This document shows, one piece after another, positions 44,735 through 53,088 of a DNA stretch of 64,000 bases. Both the position numbers and the translations under genes were made by a program. Every line of letters begins with the position of its first letter. The stretch's first letter is position 1. The stretch spans positions 394,015-458,014 of the forward strand of contig CAVSPJ010000002.1 of the NCBI GenBank assembly GCA_963729985.1, given 5' to 3'. Source of the DNA: an uncultured Gemmatimonadales bacterium (GTDB lineage: Bacteria > Gemmatimonadota > Gemmatimonadetes > Gemmatimonadales > GWC2-71-9). Below the pieces are notes generated by a model. That model was not told the origin of the DNA and did no database searches. It saw only the letters and a list, made by a program, of their open reading frames with translations.

Positions 44735-45804
44735 GCCAATCGGCGCAGTTTACGCTGGCGGTCGGGCCGAGCGCCGAACGCCCGCAAGAGCTCACCGTGC
44801 TCGACGAGCGGGAGCGCGGTACCCAGTTCCTCTCGCTCGGGGTCCGGTCCGTCCTCAACTCGCCGGCCAGTACCGGCATGGGCTTCTGGTCGATCAATCC
44901 CTACGTCGGCTGCGAATTCGGCTGCACGTATTGCTACGCGCGCGATACTCATCGGTACGCCACCGAGCGGGCACAAGGCCGGACGGGCCGACGGGCGGAC
45001 GGCGATCACGAGCTGCCGCCCTGGCTCGCCTTCGAGAAGCGGATCCTGGTCAAGACCGATATCGCCGAGCGGCTCGCGCGGACGCTGGACGCCGCGAAGA
45101 TGGGTGACGACACGCTCGTCATCGGCACCGCCACCGATCCCTATCAGCCGGCGGAGCGCCGCTATCGCCTCACCCGGAGCATCCTCGAGGTCCTCACCCG
45201 CTTTCGGGGGCTGCGCATCGGGATCATCTCCAAGTCGCCGCTGGTCACCCGCGACATCGACCTGCTGCAGGGGCTCGGCGCCCGGCACGAGGTCACGGTC
45301 AACGTCTCGCTCTCCACGCTGGACTCCCGCCTCGCCCGCAGGCTGGAGCTTCGCTCTCCGGTTCCCTCCGCCAGAATCCGGGCCCTGGCCCGGCTCAGCG
45401 CGGCCGGGATTCACGCCGGGCTCCTGATCGCCCCGATCGTTCCCGGGGTCACCGACGATCGCGAGGGATTGAGTCGGCTGATGGCGGCGGCGAAGGAAGC
45501 CGGTGCCCGCTACGTGGTCGGGTCGGCGCTCCGGCTCGGCCCCGCGGCGCGGCATCGCTTCCTTCCCCACCTCGCCACCGAGTTTCCCGACCTCGCCGAG
45601 CGGTACCGGCGCCACTACGGTGGCCGGGAGGGGGTCAGCCCGGAGTATCAGGCGGCGCTCACCCGGCGTCTCGAGCAACTGCAGCGCGAACACGGATTCC
45701 CGGCCGACGAAGAGCGGCGCCGGCGAGCGCAGCTGGAGGGCCGCCGCACCGCCGGCGCCGGTGCGACGGGACAGCCTGCTCTTCCACAGCCTGCTCTTCT
45801 ATAG
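44731..45804 (+). CDS. Radical SAM protein, SplB / 'DNA repair photolyase'-like (PA0069 family)
   Basis: ...FWSINPYVGCEFGCTYCYAR... (CxxxCxxC). Overall length is about 357 aa. The N-terminal 99 codons of ORF 44434..45804 were rejected. Confidence 0.85.
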   Translation: MSQSAQFTLAVGPSAERPQELTVLDERERGTQFLSLGVRSVLNSPASTGMGFWSINPYVGCEFGCTYCYARDTHRYATERAQGRTGRRADGDHELPPWLAFEKRILVKTDIAERLARTLDAAKMGDDTLVIGTATDPYQPAERRYRLTRSILEVLTRFRGLRIGIISKSPLVTRDIDLLQGLGARHEVTVNVSLSTLDSRLARRLELRSPVPSARIRALARLSAAGIHAGLLIAPIVPGVTDDREGLSRLMAAAKEAGARYVVGSALRLGPAARHRFLPHLATEFPDLAERYRRHYGGREGVSPEYQAALTRRLEQLQREHGFPADEERRRRAQLEGRRTAGAGATGQPALPQPALL

Positions 45805-45833
45805 AAAAGATCGAAGGCGACGAGCTCGGGGCA

Positions 45834-46871
45834 TCAGCCGGCTCGGCGTGCAGGAAGACTAGGCCGCAAGACCGCCCCGAACATCGCCGCCGGAAGCCCG
45901 CCGCGGCGCTGCCTTGCCAGCGCCGGAATGGCGCGCTCCAGGGTCGAGCCATCCAGGATCGTCTCGTCGTCCTCACCGCTTTTCCCGCCTGGCTGCCTGC
46001 TCTCGCGGGTGAAGATCACGGCCGCCACCACCAGCATCGCCGCCACCCCGGCGCGGGCCGACAGCGCTCCGTCGCCCACGGCCCACGCCAGTCCGAGCGC
46101 GACCACCGGATTGACGAAGGCATAGCTGCTCACCGCGGCGGCGGAGGTCACCCGCAGCAGCCAGGTGTACGCCCCGAATCCGAGTACCGTCCCGCCGAGA
46201 ATCAGGAAGACCATCGCCAGTGACGCGCGCACGGTGACCTCCGCGGGCCTCCAGCCCGCCGGCTCGCCGAAGGCGATGCTCGCGACGAGCAGCGCCAGCG
46301 CACCGGCACCCAACTGCATGGCGGTGGACTGCGCCGCGGGCAGCGGGCTGCCCGCCCGCCGCACCACCAGCGTACCCACCGCCCAGAAGAGGGCGCTCAG
46401 GATGAGCACCGCCCGCGCGACGAGCCCGCCCGACACTCCCTCACCCCCGGTGAGCACCGCGACCCCCGCGACGCCGAGCAGTAGGCTCAGCACCACACGG
46501 CGGGAGGGCGGACGACGGAGCAGGATGGAGTCCAGGGTGACGAGCCAGAGCGGAATCGCGGTCATGAACAGCGCCGCCTCCCCCGACGACACCCGCTGCT
46601 CGGCCCAGGCGAGCAGACCGTGGCAACCCAGGAAGAGAAGGGCGCCGGCCACGCCGGCGGTGAGCCATTGCGCGCGGGTGGGGCGCACCAGCGTTCCCCG
46701 CCAGGCGAGCCAGGCGAAGAGCAGCGCGGCTCCGCCCGCGCAGCGCAGCACCATCGTCATCAGCGGTGGGATGTCCACCACCGCGTAGCGGATGGCGAGG
46801 AAGGTCCCGCCCCACATCAGGTAGATGGCGGCGAACGCGCCGACCAGCCGGGCGCGGAAGGAAGCGGTCAC
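45834..46871 (-). CDS. EamA/DMT family transporter
   Basis: 10-TM pattern with two EamA repeats. GTG 46871 is in a GTGA overlap with the upstream gene's stop. Confidence 0.8.
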   Translation of the reverse strand: MTASFRARLVGAFAAIYLMWGGTFLAIRYAVVDIPPLMTMVLRCAGGAALLFAWLAWRGTLVRPTRAQWLTAGVAGALLFLGCHGLLAWAEQRVSSGEAALFMTAIPLWLVTLDSILLRRPPSRRVVLSLLLGVAGVAVLTGGEGVSGGLVARAVLILSALFWAVGTLVVRRAGSPLPAAQSTAMQLGAGALALLVASIAFGEPAGWRPAEVTVRASLAMVFLILGGTVLGFGAYTWLLRVTSAAAVSSYAFVNPVVALGLAWAVGDGALSARAGVAAMLVVAAVIFTRESRQPGGKSGEDDETILDGSTLERAIPALARQRRGGLPAAMFGAVLRPSLPARRAG

Positions 46872-47203
46872 GGGGTGGGCGCCTCCGCGCTGGATGCGAC
46901 CTCGCTGAACACGACCTCGTAGTGGTTGACGTGGTGGTCCCGCGCGACCAGGAAGCGCTCGTCCTCGGGAAAGAAGACCGCGCGGCCGATGTCGTCGCCG
47001 GCGAAGCGCCGGATCGCGTCCTCGGAATCCCACAGGCTGAGCATGAGGAACTCCGCCCGGTCGCCCTCGATCCGCCGGAGCGTCAGGGCGCCGCGGTTTC
47101 CCGGTGTCGCGCGGAAGGCGGCGTGACCGGTGGCGTGGAGGTAGTCGAGATAGGCGTCGGCGTCCGCGGCTCGGGTGGCTCCAGCCCAGGTACGAGCAAT
47201 CAT
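46868..47203 (-). CDS. ABM (antibiotic biosynthesis monooxygenase)-like small alpha+beta barrel protein
   Basis: 111 aa. The pattern ...GNRGALTLRR...EFLMLSLWDSEDAIRRFAG... is typical of ABM/Dabb-fold proteins. The assignment is tentative. Confidence 0.6.
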   Translation of the reverse strand: MIARTWAGATRAADADAYLDYLHATGHAAFRATPGNRGALTLRRIEGDRAEFLMLSLWDSEDAIRRFAGDDIGRAVFFPEDERFLVARDHHVNHYEVVFSEVASSAEAPTP

Positions 47204-47260
47204 GGTGTTTCCTCCTCTAGCGTGGATCGATCGGCCAATCGCACCGGTATATGACGCTTT

Positions 47261-47295
47261 ACAGGTGCAAACTTGTCATTCAGGTCTGCACCTGT
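47261..47295. promoter_or_regulatory. Perfect 9-bp inverted repeat ACAGGTGCA-N17-TGCACCTGT in the divergent ABM / CGNR intergenic region
   Basis: Read directly from the sequence. A third CAGGT copy lies at 47281-47285. The region is AT-richer than its flanks. Confidence 0.45.
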
Positions 47296-47327
47296 CAAGA
47301 GCCGAATACTGGTGTTATCTTTCCGGC

Positions 47328-47957
47328 ATGACTCACGCCGCCCTCATTGCCGAGCCCGCCGTCCTCTACGTCGGCGGCGATCCAGCCCTTGACCTGGTCA
47401 ATACCGTGGACTGGACCGCGTGGGGCCCGGTGGAGGAGCGGATCCCCGACTACGAGCGGCTGACCCGCTGGGCAGAAGGCGCCGGCGTGCTCGACGCGGC
47501 CGCCGGGCGGCGGCTCCGGCGGCTGGCCGCGGAGCGGCCGAGAGCGGCGGCTGCCGCGGTGGAGTACGCCCGGCGCGCGCGGAAGACGCTCCGTGATCTC
47601 TTCGGCGGGATCGCGCGCGGCGAGTTGCCGAGCGATGCCCTGCCCCGGTTCAACCAGCTGCTGGCCGAGGCCGCGGAGCGGATTGAGATGGCGCCGGAGG
47701 CGGGGGGTCGCCGGCCTGCCGGGTACGACTGGCGTTGGCGGGGCCAGGACTCGGACCCCCGCGCCGTCGTGTGGCCGGTCATCTGGTCGGCCGCGAATCT
47801 GCTCCGGTCGGACGAGCTCGGGAAGCTGCGGGTGTGTGACGGCGACAACTGCGGCTGGATGTATGTCGACCGGAGCCGCAACGGGTTCCGCCGTTGGTGC
47901 CAGATGAAAACCTGCGGTACCCGGGAGAAGACCCGCCGGCGGCGCGGGTCGCCTTGA
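47328..47957 (+). CDS. CGNR zinc-finger (ABATE-domain) protein
   Basis: The C-terminus ...LRVCDGDNCGWMYVDRSRNGFRRWCQMKTCGTREKTRRRR matches the CGNR zinc-finger signature. Confidence 0.8.
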   Translation: MTHAALIAEPAVLYVGGDPALDLVNTVDWTAWGPVEERIPDYERLTRWAEGAGVLDAAAGRRLRRLAAERPRAAAAAVEYARRARKTLRDLFGGIARGELPSDALPRFNQLLAEAAERIEMAPEAGGRRPAGYDWRWRGQDSDPRAVVWPVIWSAANLLRSDELGKLRVCDGDNCGWMYVDRSRNGFRRWCQMKTCGTREKTRRRRGSP

Positions 47958-48009
47958 CCGTCCCTCCGGCCGGGGGCATTATTCGAGCGAATACCGAATA
48001 AATCCCGAA
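47954..48009 (+). promoter_or_regulatory. Promoter + operator, site B (SOS-like box) upstream of the Y-family polymerase gene
   Basis: TTGACC (47954-47959), 17 nt, CATTAT (47977-47982), 9 nt, then TACCGAATAAATCCCGAA (47992-48009). The GTG start is at 48030. Confidence 0.65.
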
Positions 48010-48029
48010 AGCCGGAGATCCTCCAGTCC

Positions 48030-49250
48030 GTGTCTCGCACCATCCTCTTCATCGATCCCCCAGCCTTCTGCACTACCGTCGAAGCCCTGGTGGCCCCCGG
48101 GCTCCGGACCCGTCCGGTAGCGGTGGCCCCGCCCGGTGCCGAGCGCGCCGTGGTGCTCGCGCTGTCGACCGAGGCGAGGCGGGCGGGGATCGAGCGGGGC
48201 ATGGCGGTGCGCCAGGCGCGGAAGCTCTGCCCCGACCTGGTGCTCATCCCGCCCAATCCCCGGCTGTATGCCCGGGCCTCGAGCGCGCTGCACGAGATCC
48301 TGCGCGCCTACGCGCCGGTCATCGAGCCACGGGGCTACGGGCACGCGTTCCTCGATCTCACCGGCACCGGCCGGCTCCTCGGTGCTCCGGCCGATGTCGC
48401 CGCGCGGGTGCGGCGCGAGGTGCGCGAGCGGCTGCGATTCCCGCTCTCGGTGGGCGTCGCCGCCAACAAGCTGGTGAGCCAGGCGGTGGTCCGGGCGGAC
48501 CGCTGGTCGGACGGGGGCGACGGCGACGAGCTGATCGTTCCCTTCGGCGTCGAGGCGGGATTCCTCGCGCCCCACCCGCTGGTCGTCCTCCCCGACCTGC
48601 ATCCCAAGATGCGAAGCCGGCTCGACGACTATCAGCTCGATCTGATCGGCGAGGTGGCGGCGATTCCCGAGAGCGCGCTCTGCGCGGTCTTCGGCGGCAC
48701 CGGGCGCGCGCTGCGCGCGCGCGCGATGGGCATCGATCCCCGCCCCGTGCTCCCGCCCGAGCGGCTGGCCGAGCTCAGCGCCGCGCACATCCTCACCACC
48801 GACACCAACGATCTCGGCGTGCTGCATCCGCTGCTCCGGATGCTGACCGCGCGGCTCGGCCGGCGGCTTCGCCGTGCCGGTCTGGTCGCCCGGCGGCTCC
48901 GGCTCGAGATCGGCTATGCGGATCATACCGACTCCGCCCGAGCGGCCCGGCTCGGCTCGTCCCCGCTCGACGCAGACCTGTGGGATGCCGCTCGCCAGGC
49001 GTTCGCCCTGGCCAACAACAAGCGCATCGCGGTGCGCGGCATGACGGTGAGCCTGGAGCGGGTGGAGGAAGCGAGCGCGCAGCTGGGGTTGTGGGATGGG
49101 CTGGAGGGTGGAACGGATAGCGCCGTCCGTCCCGCCCTCCAAAGCGCCCTCGACCGCATTTACTCCCGCTACGGCACGAGAGGCCTGACGCGAGGGAGCC
49201 AGCTCGGCAATGGATCCACGCCTGAATCTTTTCCGGTGGGCATTGGGTAG
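48030..49250 (+). CDS. Y-family DNA polymerase paralogue lacking two of the three catalytic carboxylates (ImuB-like)
   Basis: The fold matches DinB (ILFIDPPAFCTTVE...IEPRGYGHAFLDLTG...SVGVAANKLVSQ). Where E. coli DinB has DMDCFF and SLDEAYLDVT, this protein has DPPAFC and GYGHAFLDLT. Confidence 0.8.
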   Translation: MSRTILFIDPPAFCTTVEALVAPGLRTRPVAVAPPGAERAVVLALSTEARRAGIERGMAVRQARKLCPDLVLIPPNPRLYARASSALHEILRAYAPVIEPRGYGHAFLDLTGTGRLLGAPADVAARVRREVRERLRFPLSVGVAANKLVSQAVVRADRWSDGGDGDELIVPFGVEAGFLAPHPLVVLPDLHPKMRSRLDDYQLDLIGEVAAIPESALCAVFGGTGRALRARAMGIDPRPVLPPERLAELSAAHILTTDTNDLGVLHPLLRMLTARLGRRLRRAGLVARRLRLEIGYADHTDSARAARLGSSPLDADLWDAARQAFALANNKRIAVRGMTVSLERVEEASAQLGLWDGLEGGTDSAVRPALQSALDRIYSRYGTRGLTRGSQLGNGSTPESFPVGIG

Positions 49251-49281
49251 AGGATAGAGGTCCACCTTCCAGGAGATCCTC

Positions 49282-50757
49282 ATGTCCCATCCCACCGCCC
49301 GGGCGCCGCGTCTCTCTTCGCTCGCGATCGCCGCGCTGATCGCGTCCGCGCCATCCGCGGCCGCCCAGACGGCGCATTCAGCCGGGAAGGTTCCAATCAG
49401 CACCACGTCCACCGAGGCCAAGGCCGATTTCGTCAAAGGGCGCACACTCGCGGAGAACCTGCGGGCCCACGACTCACGCGAATTCATGCTCCGCGCCATC
49501 GCCAAGGACCCCGACTTTGCGCTGGCTCACCTGAGCCTGGCCAACAGCGCCCCGACAGCGAAGGAGTTCTTCAGCCACCTCGGCCACGCCGTCGCCCTCG
49601 CCGGCAAGGCGTCCGCTGGCGAGCGTCTCATGATTCTCGGCGCCGAGGCCGGCGCCAATGCCGATCCGGCCAAACAGGTGGAGCTCTATCAGAAGCTGGC
49701 GGCCGAGTTCCCCGAAGACGAGCGGGCGCACTTCCTCCTCGGTACCACCTATTTCGGACAGCAGGAGTACGGCAAGGCGATCGAGCAGTACCAGCGGTCC
49801 ACCGCGATCGCGCCCGATTTCGCTCCTGCCTACAACATCCTGGGCTACGCCTACCGCACCGAAGGACGCTTTGACGACGCGGAAAAGGCGTTCAAGAAGT
49901 ACATCGCACTGATCCCGGACGATCCCAATCCCTACGACTCCTACGCCGAGTTGCTGCTGAAGACGGGGCGGTTCGACGAGTCCATCGCCCAGTACCGGAA
50001 GGCGCTCGACGTGGATCCCCATTTCGCGGCGTCGTTCATCGGCATTGCCAGCAATCTCATGTTCCAGGGCAAGTACGACGCCTCCCGCGCCGAGGCTCAG
50101 AAGCTCTACGCCGCCGCGAGGAACGACGGCGAGAAGCGGGCGGCGATGTTCCAGGTGACGACGACCTACGTCGAGGAGGGGAAGCTCGACCTCGCGCTCG
50201 CCGAGCTGGACAAGCAGTACGCTCTGGGCGACAAGATCGGCGACGCCGCCGCGATGTCGGGCGACGCGACGCTCATGGGCAACATCCTCCTCGAGGCCGG
50301 GAAGCCGGCGGAGGCGCTGAAGCGGTTCGAGCAGGCGGTGCGGGTCGTGGAGGCCTCGCGGCTTTCCGCCGAGGTCAAGGAAAACACCAAGCGGATCCAC
50401 CGCTACAACGTGGCCCGGGTCGCGCTCGCCACGGGGGACCTCGTGAGGGCGAAGCGCGAAAGCGACGCCTTCATGAAGGAGAGTCAGGCCCGGAAGAACA
50501 GCTTTCAGATCCGGCTGGGCCACCAGTTGGCCGGTATGATCGCGCTGAAAGAGAGCAAATACGACGCCGCGCTGGCCCAGCTGGAACAGGCTAACCAGCA
50601 GGATCCCTACAACCTCTACCGGATGGGCCTGGCCTACGAAGGCAAAGGCGACGGCGCCAAGGCCAAGGAGATGTTCCACAGCGCGGCGAACTTCAACCAG
50701 CTCCCGAATCTCAACTCGGCGTTCGCGCGGGAAAAGACCCGGAAGCTCGAGGCCTAG
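49282..50757 (+). CDS. Secreted TPR-repeat protein
   Basis: Signal peptide ...AALIASAPSAAAQ, followed by many 34-aa TPR units (e.g. AHFLLGTTYFGQQEYGKAIEQYQRSTAIAPDFAPAYNILGYAY). Confidence 0.8.
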   Translation: MSHPTARAPRLSSLAIAALIASAPSAAAQTAHSAGKVPISTTSTEAKADFVKGRTLAENLRAHDSREFMLRAIAKDPDFALAHLSLANSAPTAKEFFSHLGHAVALAGKASAGERLMILGAEAGANADPAKQVELYQKLAAEFPEDERAHFLLGTTYFGQQEYGKAIEQYQRSTAIAPDFAPAYNILGYAYRTEGRFDDAEKAFKKYIALIPDDPNPYDSYAELLLKTGRFDESIAQYRKALDVDPHFAASFIGIASNLMFQGKYDASRAEAQKLYAAARNDGEKRAAMFQVTTTYVEEGKLDLALAELDKQYALGDKIGDAAAMSGDATLMGNILLEAGKPAEALKRFEQAVRVVEASRLSAEVKENTKRIHRYNVARVALATGDLVRAKRESDAFMKESQARKNSFQIRLGHQLAGMIALKESKYDAALAQLEQANQQDPYNLYRMGLAYEGKGDGAKAKEMFHSAANFNQLPNLNSAFAREKTRKLEA

Positions 50758-50766
50758 CCGCGGCGG

Positions 50767-51744
50767 TCACCACTCCACTACCAGCTTCCCGAAGGTCTCG
50801 TTCGACTCCATGACCCGGTGGGCCTCGGCCAACCGGGTCATCGGGTAGGTGGCCTGCAGGACGGGCCGGAGCGGCGCCGCCTGCTCGATCCGCCGGTCGA
50901 AGAGCGGGAGCATCCGCTGGGCGAACTCCTCGATCAGCGCCTTCCGCTCCTCCAGGCTCCGCACCCGCATGGCGGTGCCGATCACTTCCAGCCGCTTCCG
51001 CACCATCGGACCGAGGTCTGCCGTGGTGCGGCTTCCGGCCAGGAACCCGAGCAGGACCAGGCGCCCTCCCGGCGCGAGCACCGCCAGGTTGTCGCCGAAC
51101 GCCGGGCCACCGATCGCGTCGAGCACGACGTGCACCGGCTCGCCCACGGCGTCGCGGAACGGCGTTTTGCTGGTATCGATGCCGGTGTCGAGTCCGAAGA
51201 CCAGCGCGCGGACCAGCTTGTCGGCGCTGCGGGAGGTGCCGATCACCGTGGCACCGAGGTGCTTGGCGATCTGTGAGGCCGCCGTGCCGACGCCGCTCCC
51301 GACCGCATGGATCAGCACTCGCTCGCCCGGGCGGAGCCGTCCCCGGGTGACCAGCGCGTCATACGCGGTGAGGAACACCTCGGGGATCGCCGCCGCCTCC
51401 GCGAAGGAGAGGCCGTCGGGGATCGCGAGCGCCTCGTCCGCGTGGACCGTGAGCAGCTCGGCCTGCGCGCCGCCGCCCACCAGGCCCATCACCCGGTCGC
51501 CCACCTTCCAGCGCGCCGTGTCTCGCACTGCCTCGACCTCGCCGGCGTACTCCAGGCCCGGAATATCGGCCGGCCATCCCGCAGGCGCCGGGTAGCGCCC
51601 GAGGCGCTGGAGCAGATCGGCGCGGTTGAGTCCGGCGGCGCGCACCCGGACGCGGATGTAACCGGGCTTTACTTCCGGGTTGGGGACCTCCCCGATCGAG
51701 ATTACCTCCGGCCCGCCGGCGCCGGTCAGGACCACCGCTCGCAT
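50767..51744 (-). CDS. NADPH:quinone oxidoreductase (zinc-independent MDR family, Qor-like)
   Basis: MRAVVLTGAGGPEV...GLNRADLLQRLGRYP...PGLEYAGEV...VLIHAVGSGVGTAA.... The start is at ATG 51744, not the ORF-track start 52014. Confidence 0.85.
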   Translation of the reverse strand: MRAVVLTGAGGPEVISIGEVPNPEVKPGYIRVRVRAAGLNRADLLQRLGRYPAPAGWPADIPGLEYAGEVEAVRDTARWKVGDRVMGLVGGGAQAELLTVHADEALAIPDGLSFAEAAAIPEVFLTAYDALVTRGRLRPGERVLIHAVGSGVGTAASQIAKHLGATVIGTSRSADKLVRALVFGLDTGIDTSKTPFRDAVGEPVHVVLDAIGGPAFGDNLAVLAPGGRLVLLGFLAGSRTTADLGPMVRKRLEVIGTAMRVRSLEERKALIEEFAQRMLPLFDRRIEQAAPLRPVLQATYPMTRLAEAHRVMESNETFGKLVVEW

Positions 51745-51751
51745 CGCAGGG

Positions 51752-52255
51752 CTATTCCAGGCCCAGCGGGGCCGGCTCCTCCGCCCGTGGCCGCAGGCGG
51801 TCGTTGCGCGCCAGGAGCCGGACACAGGTGTTCCACCGCAGGATGGCCTCGTCGTTCCCGGGCGGACGCCGGGACTCCGCCTTCTGGTACCAGTCCATCG
51901 CCTCTCGCAGCCAGTGGTAGGCGGTCTCCTCCGACCCCGGCGTGTCCGGCCGGATCTGCGCCTTGGCGCAGCGCTCGCAGATGATCCCCGCGTAATACGC
52001 CTGCTTGTACTCATCCTCCAGCCGGGGGAGCACTTCCCTCGCCCGCCGGGCGCCTTCGGTGGGCCCGGTCGCGAACTGGTCGGTGATGGCCAGCAGCAGC
52101 GTCACCAGCGCCTCCTGGTTTGCCGGGTCCACCGCCAGTACGTCGAGACAGATGCTTTCCGCCGAGGTGGGGTCGTTGATGATCCGGTACCGCTCCGCTT
52201 TCTGGAGCGCCAGCGGCACCGCGGCGGCGGAGATGGGCCTGAGTTCGAACGTCAC
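51752..52255 (-). CDS. Hypothetical helical protein translationally coupled to sdhB
   Basis: GTG 52255 is in a GTGA overlap with the sdhB stop, with GGAGG 9 nt upstream. 167 aa of non-shadow composition (..AERYRIINDPTSAESICLDVLAVDPANQEALVTLLLAITDQF..). Confidence 0.6.
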   Translation of the reverse strand: MTFELRPISAAAVPLALQKAERYRIINDPTSAESICLDVLAVDPANQEALVTLLLAITDQFATGPTEGARRAREVLPRLEDEYKQAYYAGIICERCAKAQIRPDTPGSEETAYHWLREAMDWYQKAESRRPPGNDEAILRWNTCVRLLARNDRLRPRAEEPAPLGLE

Positions 52256-53088
52256 GATGGAGCCTCCCTCCTGCTGAACACCTTGAGCACCTTCCCCAAG
52301 GGATCGAAGTACTGGTCCACCACCCGCTCCTTGAGCGGGATGATCGCGTTGTCGGTGATGGTGATGTGCTCCGGGCACACCGTGGTGCAGCACTTGGTGA
52401 TGTTGCAGTAGCCGATCCCGTGGGCGCGGCGAAGGTCCTCGACCCGGTCTTCCACGTCGAGCGGATGCATCTCCAGGGCCGCCACGTACACCAGATGGCG
52501 CGGCCCGATGAAGTCCTCGTGCAGCTGATGGTCGCGCAGCACGTGGCAGACGTCCTGGCACAGGAAGCACTCGATGCACTTGCGGAACTCCTGCACCCGG
52601 TCCACGTCCGACTGCGCCATCCGCCAGGTGCCGTCCGGAGCGTCGGGCGACCGGGGCTTGAACCGCTTGACGCGCCGCTTGGCGGCGAAGTTCCAGGAGA
52701 CGTCGGTCACCAGGTCCTTGAGCGGCGGGAACGCTCGCATCGGCTCCACGCTCACCGGCTTCTCCAGCGGCAGCTCGCTGAGCCGGGTCATGCACATGAG
52801 CTTGGGCATCCCGTTCACTTCGGCGGAGCAGGAGCCGCACTTGCCCGCCTTGCAGTTCCAGCGCACCGCCAGATCGTTGGCCTGGTCGGCCTGGATCTGG
52901 TGGACGGCGTCGAGCACCACCATGCCCGGGGTTACGCCGGTCGTGTAGTCCACCAGACGCCCACCGTGCGCGTCGCCCCGCCAGATCCGGAAGGTCGCAC
53001 TGCCGGCCGGCTCGGGGTGGGGGCGGGGCGCGTCGTCGGCCGCGGCGGCGCCGGTGTCTTTCAGGTCGGGTTTGAGCGCGTCAGTCAC
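52252..53088 (-). CDS. sdhB: Succinate dehydrogenase / fumarate reductase iron-sulfur subunit
   Basis: 2Fe-2S motif CKAGKCGSCSAEVNG...C, then CIECFLCQDVC and CNITKCCTTVCP clusters. GTGA overlap with the sdhA stop. Confidence 0.9.
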   Translation of the reverse strand: MTDALKPDLKDTGAAAADDAPRPHPEPAGSATFRIWRGDAHGGRLVDYTTGVTPGMVVLDAVHQIQADQANDLAVRWNCKAGKCGSCSAEVNGMPKLMCMTRLSELPLEKPVSVEPMRAFPPLKDLVTDVSWNFAAKRRVKRFKPRSPDAPDGTWRMAQSDVDRVQEFRKCIECFLCQDVCHVLRDHQLHEDFIGPRHLVYVAALEMHPLDVEDRVEDLRRAHGIGYCNITKCCTTVCPEHITITDNAIIPLKERVVDQYFDPLGKVLKVFSRREAPS

